This document shows, one piece after another, positions 1 through 11,268 of a DNA stretch of 64,000 bases (position 1 is its first letter; every line of letters starts with the position of its first letter). The stretch lies in the NCBI GenBank assembly GCA_013265495.1, contig MU058059.1, positions 1,116,001 to 1,180,000 on the forward strand. Direction: 5' to 3'. This DNA is from Vicugna vicugna. Lineage: Eukaryota. The notes beneath the pieces were generated by a model that was not told the DNA's origin, made no database searches, and was given only the letters and a program-made list of their open reading frames with translations. The position numbers and the translations under genes were made by a program.

Positions 1-46
1 ACGTCAGGACTTACTGGGTTGGGACACTTGAAGCCCTTTCAACATG
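1..46 (+). CDS. Candidate internal coding exon (3' part only), unidentified gene
   Basis: Frame 1 is open (TSGLTGLGHLKPFQH+G) up to a plausible donor ATG|gttagt at 46/47, phase 1. No homology recognised. Confidence 0.2.
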
Positions 47-355
47 GTTAGTGCTCAGTTTTTTGGAAACCTTTAGTAAAAATTGATTTCAATGAAAACA
101 GCAATAAAATATAAATATTAATTGGATTCGATGCTCTTTGAAAATAAACATTGAAGAAAAACGTATAGATTATAATTTTTTATTGATTGACTTTTCTGTT
201 TCTTTGATTTATTTGTAAACCATTCCACTGTGCCTTTAAAAGTCAACCTTCAATTTTCATTCATGGCTTCTTGTTTATGAATCCCCCCCCCCTCTTCCTC
301 CAGGGGTGGGTTCCTATGGCATGAATGGTAATTGCACTCATACTTAATCAGGTTC

Positions 356-1089
356 TAGACCTTCAGCAGGGCTTATTAAAACACAGATTGCTGGGTCTCA
401 CCCAGAGTTTCCGATAAGATCCCAGGCGGTGTCAATATTGCAGGTCTGGGTCGGTCTTTGAGAACCGCTGCTCCAGAAAGGAGTCCCCGGGTTTTCCTCC
501 CAGGTGTGTAGGTTTGGATTCTGGGCTCTGCAGTTAACTCCCTCATGCCATCAGCTGAAGAAAATTGAGTGGTGATAGTGTTTCAGGGCGGAGGGAGAGC
601 TGGTGAATTGTTTTTATTTCGCAGGGTTGAAATTTGTGGAAAATCCTTTTGGGTTTATATAATATATATCGTATTTTACAGTTATGTTTTTCACACTGAA
701 TTTTTTTTACTGTATCTTTTTATAGACCTTCAGCAGGGCTTATTAAAACACAGATTGCTGGGTCTCACCCAGAGTTTCCGATAAAATCCCAGGCGGTGTC
801 GATATTGCAGGTCTGGGTCGGTCTTTGAGAACCGCTGCTCCAGAGAGGAGTCCCCGGGTTTTCCTCCCAGGTGTGTAGTTTTGGATTCTGGGCTCTGCAG
901 TTAACTCCTTCATGCCATCAGCTGAAGAAAATTGAGTGGTGATAGTGTTTCAGGGCGGAGGGAGAGCTGGTGTATTGTTTTTATTTCGCAGCGTTGAAAT
1001 TTGTGGAAAATCCTTTTGGGTTTATATAATATATATCGTATTTTACAGTTATGTTTTTCACACTGAATTTTTTTTACTGTATCTTTTTA
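356..1089. repeat. Tandem duplication, 2 x 367 bp
   Basis: 356-722 and 723-1089 align without gaps; 7 substitutions counted by eye. Confidence 0.97.
368..473 (+). mobile_element. MER5A-like hAT-Charlie fragment (second copy at ~735-840)
   Basis: gggcttattaaaacacagattgctggg...ctttgagaaccgctg resembles the MER5A consensus with an internal deletion. Confidence 0.75.
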
Positions 1090-1532
1090 TGCAGTAAGTA
1101 TTGCAATAGAATCCTGAAAATAGATTCTGGAATGAGGTGAATGCAATAAAAAAAAATCGCTGAATCTCTAAAAAAAAAAGCTTTGTTGCTGTTTCTTATA
1201 TGTGGAAAGCAGAGAAAACAGAAAGTCATGTTGACTTTTTTTTCCTCCACATGAGAGAGAGAAACAAAGCTTTGTTTTCCCATCAGAGAGTAATGTTAGA
1301 GTTCTTCTTTGGTCACGTGGGAAGTTAAGAGGCCCCCCGTCCCTCTCTTCCTGTGTCCTTTGGTTTGGGAGCCTGGATGTTTCTATGTAATGAAGTTTAA
1401 TTACAATGGCTTCCTCAGCACTGACTCCAGCTCATACACTTGGGTCCAACATGGAATGTGCTCTGATATGGAGATTTTGTTTGCAAATCAAAGCTTATGC
1501 TAATGGATATAATCTTCAAAGATTTTTAAAAA

Positions 1533-1811
1533 TTTTAAATTGGGATAAAATAAGCGTAATGGGAAACTTACCAACTTTTAACCATTTTTAAGTGTATAGT
1601 TCAGTCATGTTAAGCATATTCATCTTGTTATGCACCCAATCTCCAGAACTTCTGCATTTTTCCCTACTGAAAATCTGTACCTGTTAAATGACAGTTTTCC
1701 ATTCCTCCTTCCCCACCCCCTCCACTGCCTGCCCCTGGCAACCTATGTTCTCCTTTCTGATTCTATCAATTTGTTGCTCAAGATATCTCACATAAGTGGA
1801 ATCTTACAGTA

Positions 1812-1852
<41 letters not shown>

Positions 1853-2856
1853 CTGGCTTCTTGCACTTGGCACAATGTCTCCCAGATACGTCCATGTTGT
1901 GGCATATCTCAGAATTCCCTTCCTTTTGAAGGCTGAGTAATGTTTCACTGTATGTACAAACCACATTTTGTTTATCCATTTATCTGTCAATGGACTTTTG
2001 GCTACTATGAACATGGGTGTATACATATCCCTTTGAGATCCTGTTTGCAATTCCCAAGTGGCATTGCTGAGTCATGGTAATCCTGTTCTTAGTTTTGGGG
2101 AGACTGCCATACTGTTCTCTGTAGCAGGTCAGTCATTTCATAGTTCCACCAATAGTGCCCAAGGCTTCCAGCTTCTCCACATCCTTGCTGACTCTTGCTA
2201 CTTTCTGTTTTTTTGATAGTAGCCATTCTGATGGGTGTGAGACTGTAGCCTGTGTTTTTGATTTGCATTTTTCTAATGGTTAGTGATCTTGAGCATCTTT
2301 TCATATGCTTGTTGGCTATTTGTGTATCTTCTTTGCAGAACTGCAGGTTCAAGTTAGTTGCCCATTTTTTAATTGGGTTATTTGTTTTGTTGTTTTCAGT
2401 TTTGTTGCTGTTGCTGAATTGTAGTTTTTATATATCCTGGACTTTACTCCCTTATCAGAGATATGATTTGCAAATATTTTTTCCCATTGTGTGGGCTGCC
2501 TTTTTGTTCTGTTAATTGTGTTCTTTGAGGCGCAGAAGTTTTAAATTTTTATGTAATCCTGTTTATCTGTTTTTCCTTTTGTTACCTGTGCTTTTGGAGT
2601 CTTTTTCAAGAAATCATTATGAAATCCAATGTCATGAAGCTTGCCCCCATGTTTCATGGTTTTAGCTCTTATGTTTAGGTCTTTGATCTATTTTAAGTTA
2701 ATATTCATATGTGCTGTTAGGTAAGAGCTTGAATTCATTCTTTTGCAGGTGGATTTCCAGTTTTCTTAATATCTTTTATTGAAGACTGTCCTTTTCCCCC
2801 ACCAAATGGTCTCAGCATCCCTGTTGAAAATCATTTGACCGCACATGCGAGGATTT
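1533..2856 (-). mobile_element. L1MB-like LINE-1 3' portion (end of ORF2 plus 3'UTR)
   Basis: Typical antisense L1 text; ORF remnants [14 protein letters not shown]...MQIK and TPMFI...DKWINKMW; contains (TG)n. Confidence 0.92.
1814..1849. repeat. (TG)n microsatellite
   Basis: About 18 uninterrupted TG units. Confidence 0.97.
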
Positions 2857-3074
2857 ACCCAGCACTCAGGAGGTTTTAACTATCTCTTGCTTACATCAGT
2901 GTTATCATCCGGAGATTGAAATCTCAGTGGTGCCCGAGGTGGCTTGAAATGTGGCAACACCACATTGCTTCCTTGATCATTCTGCTGTTACTTTTTAGAA
3001 GATCATAGTAACTCTGTACAGTTTGATAAATTGCTCCATCATCCGCCATGGGAGGAATAGTCCTCAGACTTCAT

Positions 3075-3180
3075 TTTGATCGTATGATTCCTCTGCTCAT
3101 AAGCTTTTAGTGGCTGTCACTTGCCTGTAGGATAACATCCAATCTTTTCATTTAAGTATCAAGATGCTCCTCCCTTGGGT
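3075..3180 (+). mobile_element. L2 fragment
   Basis: gatcgtatgattcctctgctcataagcttttagtggctgtcacttgcctgtaggataa resembles the L2 3' region. Confidence 0.55.
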
Positions 3181-3504
3181 CTTAATATCCTCATCCATCC
3201 TCTGTATCCAGGTATGTGCCCTGGGTTACATGAAGGGGAGACCCAGGGCATGGCTGTGTGTTTGTGTGGACTGTTTTTGTATAAGGGATTGAGTCAGCCT
3301 TTGCCTCCCCTCCCCCGGCCATGGAGGCAGGCACCTGATGAGCCAATGCAGAGACGGCCTTCTTCCTCATCTCATCGAGCGTCTGGTATCTGCAAATATG
3401 GCCCATTGATGTGATTTCTCCTTAGCCCTACTGTTTCCGCTTCTTGGCCATTGCATTTTTAGTTAATTTTTTTATCTCCATCTTCCTTCTTCTATGACAT
3501 GGCA

Positions 3505-4455
3505 TTATCCCACTGGTTTCTGAGATTCTGTTCAATTTTTTTCAGTCTTTTTATTCTCTTTGTTCTTTCCAATGAATAATTTCTTCAAATTCATTAACTC
3601 TTCTATTGCTATTTTGTCCATCCATTGGATTTTTCATCATACTTCATCTCTAGAACTTCCATTTCATTCTTTTTTATTCTATTTCTATGCTAAGATTTCA
3701 CATCTGTTTACTATATAGTGAATAATATATACATATTATTCATGTACCCTCTTTTAAGACTCTGAACATATGTATACTTGATTGTCTAAATTCTTTGTCT
3801 GTTGGTTGCACTAGTCAAGTCACCTCAGTGTCTGTTTCTGTTGACTGATTTTTTGAATGTGTGTCACATTTTTCTGTTTCTTTGCAGGTCTGGTGATTTT
3901 TGATTGAATAATGTACATTACAAATGACACATTGTAGAGACTCTGGGTTTTGTGACATTCTTCTGAAGAGTAGCTTTTGTTCTAGCTGGCAGTCGACTGG
4001 GCTAGATTTGAACCCCTAGCTGTCTCCCATATGGTGAGCAGCAGCTGAAATCGCTGCTCAGCTCTTTCAGTTTCCAGCTCTTTTTGTCTGGGCTCCTTTG
4101 TGATTTTTGTGCTCACCTCTGAGACTCCCTTCCTTCCAGGATTTTTCTCCTAACTTGCTAGCTTCTCTGTGAGTCTCTCACTCTGTCGTCTGGCACTTCA
4201 TCTAGTACGTCTGGAGATTTCTACTGCTTAAGTACACAGAGACTGAGGGTGTCCTCGAGAGAAAAATCGCAGCCTGCGAATCTCACACACTGCAGTTGAT
4301 CTCTCCAGGGCAGATTCCTTTCCAGTTGCTGCCTGCCTTTGGTCACTTCAAATAGTTCAGATAGTTATTTTATTTTCTACTTGTCCAGATTTTATAACTG
4401 TTATCTCTAGGAGGGTAAATCTGATCCACTACTTCACCATTAACAGAACCTGGAA
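3505..4455 (-). mobile_element. Ancient L1M/HAL1-like 5' end and ORF1 remnant
   Basis: T-rich antisense ORF1-like text; on the minus strand the end reads ttctgttaatggtgaagtagtggatcagatttaccctcc...ttataaaatctggacaa, like old L1M 5' ends. Confidence 0.6.
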
Positions 4456-5544
4456 TCCAGAATCTGTAAAACACTGGATGTAATAAAGAAAATGAATTTT
4501 CTTTGCATAAGGATTGCACATTTCAATTCATCTTAAAGCTGTAAAGAGTGAGAGTTCTGGCAAATATCTTCTTGGCTACTAATCCTCCAATGTGACACAG
4601 GTAGACGATATATACTTTGTCATCTCCTATTATTATGCCCACATAGGAAACTTATTTGATAGGTTTCATCTTCTCTGTGATAATCTAAGTTAAATATTCT
4701 ATTTTGTTTATTTGTGTGTGTTTCAGGGGGGAGGAATGACTGGGGTGGTCTGCAACACTTAAACATCTCTAAAAATTAAATCACCTATTCTGCTTTCAAG
4801 AAGATCTGCACTATTGAGAAGCTTAAATCTCCTATGATTCCTGTTTCCCCAGATCTGAAAGCATCTTAGACTGCTTCTAAGCATTATTCACTTGAGATGG
4901 GAGGAGGAAAAAGTGTTTCTTTTAAAGCAGCTGCTTCAAAAACCAATGATGTAATATGGAATTAGAAAGAAAATCTGCATCATGCAGACTCTGTGATGCA
5001 CATTTTGTAGCATTTCTCCAGGGTCTTGTTCAGAGAAACTGGAAGCAGTTTTTAAAGAGATTTTAAGAATATATTGTGTGTCTAAACTTCAAACAGAATC
5101 AGAAATTGGAAAATAGACACTGGGGAGACAAGTAAAAAGAATTCATTCAGTCAATGTACTGAAAAGCAATACTGAGCTTTTAAAAATGATATCACACCTC
5201 AGACTAGAACTTTAAGGAAGCAGATCTATGATAGCATCAGAATTCTCACACTTGCTTGTTCTCATGTCGCAGCAGAAGAGGAGTAAGATATAATCTTATC
5301 ATTTCCTCCATCATCTCCCTCATTTAATACCCAGAGTAAAGGTCCAAAAAGGTTTCATTATTAAATGCAGTCGGTACAGCAGGTGTTTATACAATGCCAA
5401 TGATTTCATCTAAGTTGCTCATCAAAATTACCTTGAGTCGTTTTTCAGATACACACACTTGACCACCCCCTGCTGGGATGGATTCAGTAAAACTCAAGTA
5501 GGAATTTGGACATCTGTTTTTGGTCATTTCTTTAATGTATTTAA

Positions 5545-6995
5545 AATTTCTTAAGTTAAGATTTTACTTTTTTAGTGTAGTTTTAGGTTCATGGCAAAAT
5601 TGAGGGGAAGGCCCAAAGTCCCATAGCCCCTACCCGCTGACATGCACAGCCTCCTCCATTATCAGCACGCCGCACCGGAACGGTACATTTGTTACCGTTG
5701 ATAAACCTACATTGACAAACCATCATCACCCAAAGTCCAGTTTACCTTAGGGTTCACTCTTAGTGTTGTACATTCTATGGGTTTGGACAAATGTGTGATG
5801 ACATAACCCATCATTATAATATCATACTACTATAATATCAGACTACTTTCACTGTCCTAAAGTTCCTCTGTGCACCACCGCTCTCCAGCCAGCAACCACG
5901 GAGCTTTTGACTGTCTCCATTGTTTTGCCTTTTCTGGAATGCCTTATAGTTGGAATCAGTCAGTATATAACCTTTTCAGATTGGCTTCTGTCACTTAGTA
6001 AGATGCATTTAAGTTTCCTCCATGTTTTTTCTTGGCTTGATAGCTCATTTCTTTTTACCGAGGAATAGCATTCCACTGTCTGGATGGACCACAGTTTATT
6101 CACCCATTCACCAACTCAGGGACCTCTCGGTTGCTTCCAGGTTTTGGCAATCGTGAATAAAGCTGCTGTAAACATCCGTTTGCAGGCTTCTGTACAGACA
6201 TAAGTTTTCAGCTCCTTTGGGTAAATACCAGGGAGTTTGCTGGAAGAGTATGTTTAGTTTTGTAAGAAACTGCCAAGTTTCCAGTGTTGCTGTACCATTC
6301 TGCATTCCCACCAGCAATGTTCCTGCTGTTCCACATCCTTGCCAGCATTTGGTGTTATCAGTGCTCTGGATTTTGGCCATTCTAATAGGTACGTAGTGGT
6401 GTCTCATTTTAATTTGCATTTCCCTGACGACATATGACATGAATCACTTTTTTCATATGCCCGTTTGCTCTCTCTCTCTGTTTTTGGTGAGGTGTCTGTT
6501 AAGGTCTTTGGCCCATCTTTTTAACTGGGTTGTTTGTTTTCTTATTGTTGCATTTGAAGGGTTCTTTGCATATTTTGGCTAATGGTCCTTTATCAGATGT
6601 GCCTTTACAAGTATTTTCTTTCATTCTGTGGCTTGTTTTCTCATTCTTTTGCCGTTGTCTTTCACAGAGCAGAAGTTTTTCATTTGAATGAAGTCTAGCT
6701 TATCAATTCTTTCTTTCCTGAATCTTGCCTTTGGTATTGTAACTAAAAAGTCATTGCCATACCCAAGGTCATCTAGGTTTTCTCATTTGTTATCTCCTAG
6801 GAGTTTACAGTTTTGTGTTCTGCACTGAGTCTGTGATCCATTTTGAGTTAGTTCTTGTGAAGGGTGTGAGGTCTGTGTCTAGATTTATGGGTTTGCAAGT
6901 GGATGTCCAGCACTATTTGTTGAAAAGGCTGTATCTTTGCTCCATTGTGTTACTTTTGTTCCTTTATCCAAGTTCCGTTGACTATATATGTGTGG
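5545..6995 (-). mobile_element. L1MC1/2-like LINE-1 3' portion
   Basis: Diagnostic ttttaggttcatggcaaaattgag...ggtacatttgttac...catcatcacccaaagtcc; ORF2 remnant REMQIKMRHHYVPIRMAKI...KCWQG. Appears to sit in a MER5-like element (~5410-5520 and ~6997-7050). Confidence 0.9.
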
Positions 6996-8183
6996 TTGGC
7001 ACTGGTATTTTTAAAAAGCCCCTTAGGGGATTCTAGGATCACCCTCTAGGCATTGCAAGGAAAAGTTTCACCAATTAGAACCATGATAAAAAAAGAGTGG
7101 CTCACAAGTGAGGAAATAACAGAAAGAAGAATGTTTACTCTTTTACGGAAGTCAAGTTTGGAATGCTTCAGGACGTGGAAGACAGACGCAGTAATGCTAT
7201 GTGCTATATTTGGATGAAATTGAGCAAATCTAAGAGCATAAGTTTTGCAGGTTATTCTTGGTGTCATCTTTTAAAAAAATTACATAAGATGCATTCAAAT
7301 AGTCCTCTGACGACAGATAAAGGACCTCAAAATCCAACCATGCATTTTATCGCCTTTCAGGCCCAGTAAATGAGAAGCAGATTTCAGCCACATACAGAAT
7401 TTAACATGCACAGAGCTGCCTTCGCTCCCTGGAGGCAAATCTAGTCTCTGGTTGAAATCATGTTTCCATTGTAGCCGTTTCTGTTCTGCTTATTGAGAGA
7501 GCTCGTGCCATGACGGCGGATGCTAAAATAGACTGCTCAGGGGCTGGATCGCTGTCAGACAAAAGCAGCAGGGGTAGGAAGGGCCCTTGCGAGAAATGAA
7601 GATGAAGACCAACCCTTGACCTAGCTCCCGTGCGCCTTTTCCTTCTGGAGTCAGTGTCTTACTCTCCGTTTAAACATCTGTAGAACTGCACTGTCCATGG
7701 AAGTGTTTTGAACATAAGGACAAGCTACATGAGTTGGTGAACTTGGTTACTTGTTCCATTTAAACGGTCAAGTGCAAATCAGGAAACAGGGATGGAGGGC
7801 AGTCTTCTCAGAATGTTCACGACGCCCTCATGTCCCAGACTTTTCATTCCTACTGCTCTGGCTGCGGAGTGCCAGGACAAAGTCATCAACGCGAATGGCC
7901 GTGCCTGAGAAAGCTCTTCCCCGCTGGCCTCGAAAACTGAGAAGGCCCTTTATATTCATTCCATGCTTGAGAAATGGGGGAATTAAGTTTTCAGTGTAGA
8001 GTAGTGGGAAGAATACTCTCAAGCTAAGGTTATCGAAAAGATTGGAAATACAGAAACTTCCTGGAAACTCCTAAGTGTGGATTGGCATAGCTTTCAAGTA
8101 CTTTATAATGCTGGAAAAAATGTTACCTTGTAGTTTTTTTTTCCAGCCTGCAACTTCCCCCAACAATCTTAGCTTTTCCAGCA

Positions 8184-8277
8184 GGAGGGAAGGGAAACAG
8201 CTCAGTGGTAAAGCGTGTGATGTTTAGCATGCACCAGGTCCTGGGTTCCATCCCCAGTACCTCCATCAAAAAAATAG
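8184..8277 (+). mobile_element. tRNA-derived SINE (camelid vic-1-like)
   Basis: A box (agctcagtggtaaagc), tagcatgcac, B box (gggttccatccc), cagtacctcc, A-rich tail; similar to the copy at 55278. Confidence 0.85.
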
Positions 8278-8391
8278 AATGTCCGGTACATTTTTCACCA
8301 GAGGAAGTAGACTGCTAATGCTGAGAGGTACTACATAAACTTCTATTAAAATCTCCTTAGAAACTTTTAAAATTGAATTAATATATTTCAG

Positions 8392-8477
8392 GCCGTGAGC
8401 CTGATTCCAATTGCACAAGGGTTGATAGGTCTGTGCAGACAACGTCTATGACAAAGTATGGGACATCGTTGTCCTTG
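8392..8477 (+). CDS. Candidate 86-nt internal exon
   Basis: atatttcag|GCC...TTG|gtaatc. Only one frame is open (phase 1 in, phase 0 out): REPDSNCTRVDRSVQTTSMTKYGTSLSL. Unique sequence. Confidence 0.3.
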
Positions 8478-9649
8478 GTAATCAAAATGACATTAACAAT
8501 GTTTTTTATGATGTTTGTGCAGGCATTTCTAATTTGAAAACAGTACCTATGAGATCCAGGGAAGCAGAACAAGGTTATTTTTTAAGCTGCTATATATCGT
8601 TCATTAAAAGTGGATATTCCTCCAGGCTTATTAAACGTGGTTAAAACTCTCTATTGAGCTCACTCTGTTTAAATGGAATCCCAAGCGCAATATTAGAGGG
8701 TTTAGATCCCACGTTCCCAAGGATTTGATCCCACAGCCCCTGGAACGATAGATGAGGGAAACCAGGACACCTCACTGTCATTTTCACGCTGACCACCTAT
8801 TATCTGCTCTCCATTAATCTTTCCCTTGACTTAAATTCGATGACAAAGATCTGAGGCTTCATCATTTAAGACCAGCCAAAAATCTAGTTCCAGAGACTTT
8901 TTTCATGAGATGCGAAGGGACAGTGATGTAGTGCTAGAAATAATTTCGGAGCAAGATTTAGCATATTCTGTTCTGATTCACGCTCTGAAGTGAGCTGGAT
9001 GAATATGAGATTAAAGCTGGACGATTTCTGAAGAGGAGCAAATCAGTAACACTGCCAGCCTCTAGGCATTCTCCTCCTGGACGGAGAGCCATCTCCAGAC
9101 CAGAGGAAGAATACGATGTTAAGTGAAAAAGGGAAACAAAGTCAGCTCCCTAGTTTCTGTTGTCACAACAGCTCGTCAACGTTGTAATCTACCAAGGGCA
9201 GGTGCCACCACATTTCTTTGTGTGATGCTCAGTTCCCGTCCCTCCAGCTCAGCCTGCCCAGATCCAGAGCCAGTGCTGGTCCCATCGGGCAGGCTCTGGC
9301 TCTAAGCTGGGGACTGGGTGGGCGAGGCGGGGAGGATGGGTGTGGGAGTGGTGAGTCTTGAATTTGCTCTGGAGCCATCAGCCCAATGCCAGGGGAGCCC
9401 ACGGTGAGGGGCAACTCTGTGCACACTGAGCTGGGGCTGTTTTCTAAGCCTCCGTGGAGTTTTCCTGGGAGCCAGTAAAGCCCGGTGATCACCATCCAGC
9501 CTCTGCAATCAGACTCCTAGCTTTAAAGCTCATCTCTGCTCATTCCTGTGTCACCCGGGCAGTTTATTCACCCTCCTCAGAGCTTGCTTTCTCCATCCAT
9601 CATGCATTTCATCAGAGTTCCCATTTCCTGACTTAAGGGATTAGGGGCT

Positions 9650-9775
9650 GCCTGTGCCTCAGTTTCCTCATTTGTAAAACAGCATTCAAAGGACTTACCT
9701 CCCAGGTCATGTGCATATGAAATGAGTGAATCTATGGGAAACTTGTTAACTCTGCATGGCGTATACTAAGTGCAA
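9650..9775 (+). mobile_element. MIR fragment
   Basis: MIR core tgtgcctcagtttcctcatttgtaaaa. Confidence 0.8.
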
Positions 9776-10097
9776 CAGAGGGAGAACTGTTATTAATGGG
9801 GTGAGGGTAAGTGAAATAAGGAGTGGAGAGCAGATGGTAAACGCTCGAAATATTAACGGCTTGAGATTCTGTTTTGGTACCTGGTTTCCATCCAGCTCCT
9901 GCTGGGGAACTGAAGCTCTCGACTAACCCCAGCTGGCCTGGAGGGGGCTCTGAGAACCACTGGTCCCTCCGCAGAGGTTCCACCCTGAGCCAGCCACTAG
10001 CTTCTCCCTCCACCAGCCTCTGCTTCGGTCCCAGCATGCCTTGCAGGCACTCCTCCTTGGGATGGTACAGCTCCATCCAGCAAGATCAGGCAACGCA

Positions 10098-11108
10098 CCA
10101 CCCTAGCCGTTTCTAAGTGCATAGCGCAGCGGTGCGAGGTGCATCCACACTGTTGTGCAGCCGTCACCACCATCCTTCTTGAAACTCTTTTCATTTTGCA
10201 AAGCTGAAACTCTATATCCATGAAACAGTCACTCCCTACTTCCCTCTCCCTTAGCCCTGGGCAACCACCATTCTACTTCCTGTGTCTATGAATTTGACTC
10301 CTCTAGGTCCCTCATGTGAGAGGAATTATACTGTATTTGTCCTTTTACGTCTGGCCTGTTTCACTGAGCATAACATCTCCGAGGTTTATCCATGTCGTGG
10401 TGTGTGTCAGAATTTCCTTCCAAGGCTGAATAATACTCCGTCGTGTGCATACACCGCATCCTGTTTATCATTCACCCCACGATGGACAGTTAGGTTGCTT
10501 TCGCGTCTTGACTGTTCTGAACGACACTGCCCTGAACGCAGGTGTACCAATCTCTCTTCAGACCCTGCTAGTGTTTCTCCTGGGTACACAGGACTACCTC
10601 ACTTTGGTGCATTTCACTTGATTCTGCTTCTCAGATACTGGTTTTGTTTGTTTGTTTGTTTGTTTTTTAATAGATTGAAGGATTGTGGCAACCCTGTGTT
10701 GAGCAAGTCTATCGACACCACTTTTCAACAGCATTTGCCCACATCAGGTCTGTCATATTTTGATAATTCTCAAAATATTTCAAGCCCTCCACCACCAAAA
10801 AGATCATGACTCAGTGAAGGCTCAGATGCCGGTTAGCAATTTTTAGCAATAAAATATTTGAAAATTAAGGTATGTGCATTTTTTAGATGTAATGCTCCTG
10901 GGCATTTCATAGACTAAGCAGAACCTTTATGCACGCTGGGAAACCAAAAGTCTGTGTGACTCACTTTATTGCAAGACTCACTTGATTGTGGTGGTCTGGA
11001 ATGAGCCTGCCATATCTCCGGGGTTTGCCTGTACACCCCGAGGTGGAGTTGCTGGATCATATGGTAATTGTATTTAAATTTTTTGAGGAACTGCCATACT
11101 GTATTCAA
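10098..11108 (-). mobile_element. L1MB-like 3' fragment interrupted by a Tigger1 derivative
   Basis: L1MB 3'UTR text 10098-10588 resumes at ~11034 (gttgctggatcatatggtaatt...ttttgaggaactgccatactg). Confidence 0.85.
10589..11031 (+). mobile_element. Tigger1 internal-deletion derivative (TcMar MITE)
   Basis: Termini caggactacctc...ggggtttgcctg followed by TA; internal gtggcaaccctgtgttgagcaagtctatcg and tgactcagtgaaggctcagatg are Tigger1 hallmarks. Confidence 0.88.
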
Positions 11109-11208
11109 GGGAGGACTTTTTTCCATAAAGATTATTTTTGTGTTACTTTATTCCATGTTTCACCGTAATATGAGTTCTATAACTATGCGTTGCATTTCTA
11201 CCTTCCAG

Positions 11209-11268
11209 GATTCAGCTGAGATGCTGAAACTGAGGTCGACCCTGTTATCTTTTGTGATTGTTTCATGA
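11209..11268 (+). CDS. Candidate terminal coding exon
   Basis: Strong acceptor ttgcatttctaccttccag|G with a branch-like ctataac upstream; phase 0 gives DSAEMLKLRSTLLSFVIVS-stop. Confidence 0.3.
   Translation, partial: DSAEMLKLRSTLLSFVIVS

Noticed and set aside
2065..2075. Isolated perfect short motifs (TGCTGAGTCAT in L1; TGACGTCA at 41726 in L2)
   Set aside because: Single short motifs inside repeats are expected by chance in 64 kb.
5228..5282. ATG-initiated mini-exon with a good donor (GGA|gtaaga), phase-compatible with 8392
   Set aside because: In-frame stop at 5213 and no acceptor or promoter-like context upstream.
7341..7420. Strong acceptor tgcattttatcgcctttcag at 7360
   Set aside because: All three frames stop within 45 nt and there is no evident donor; could only be non-coding.
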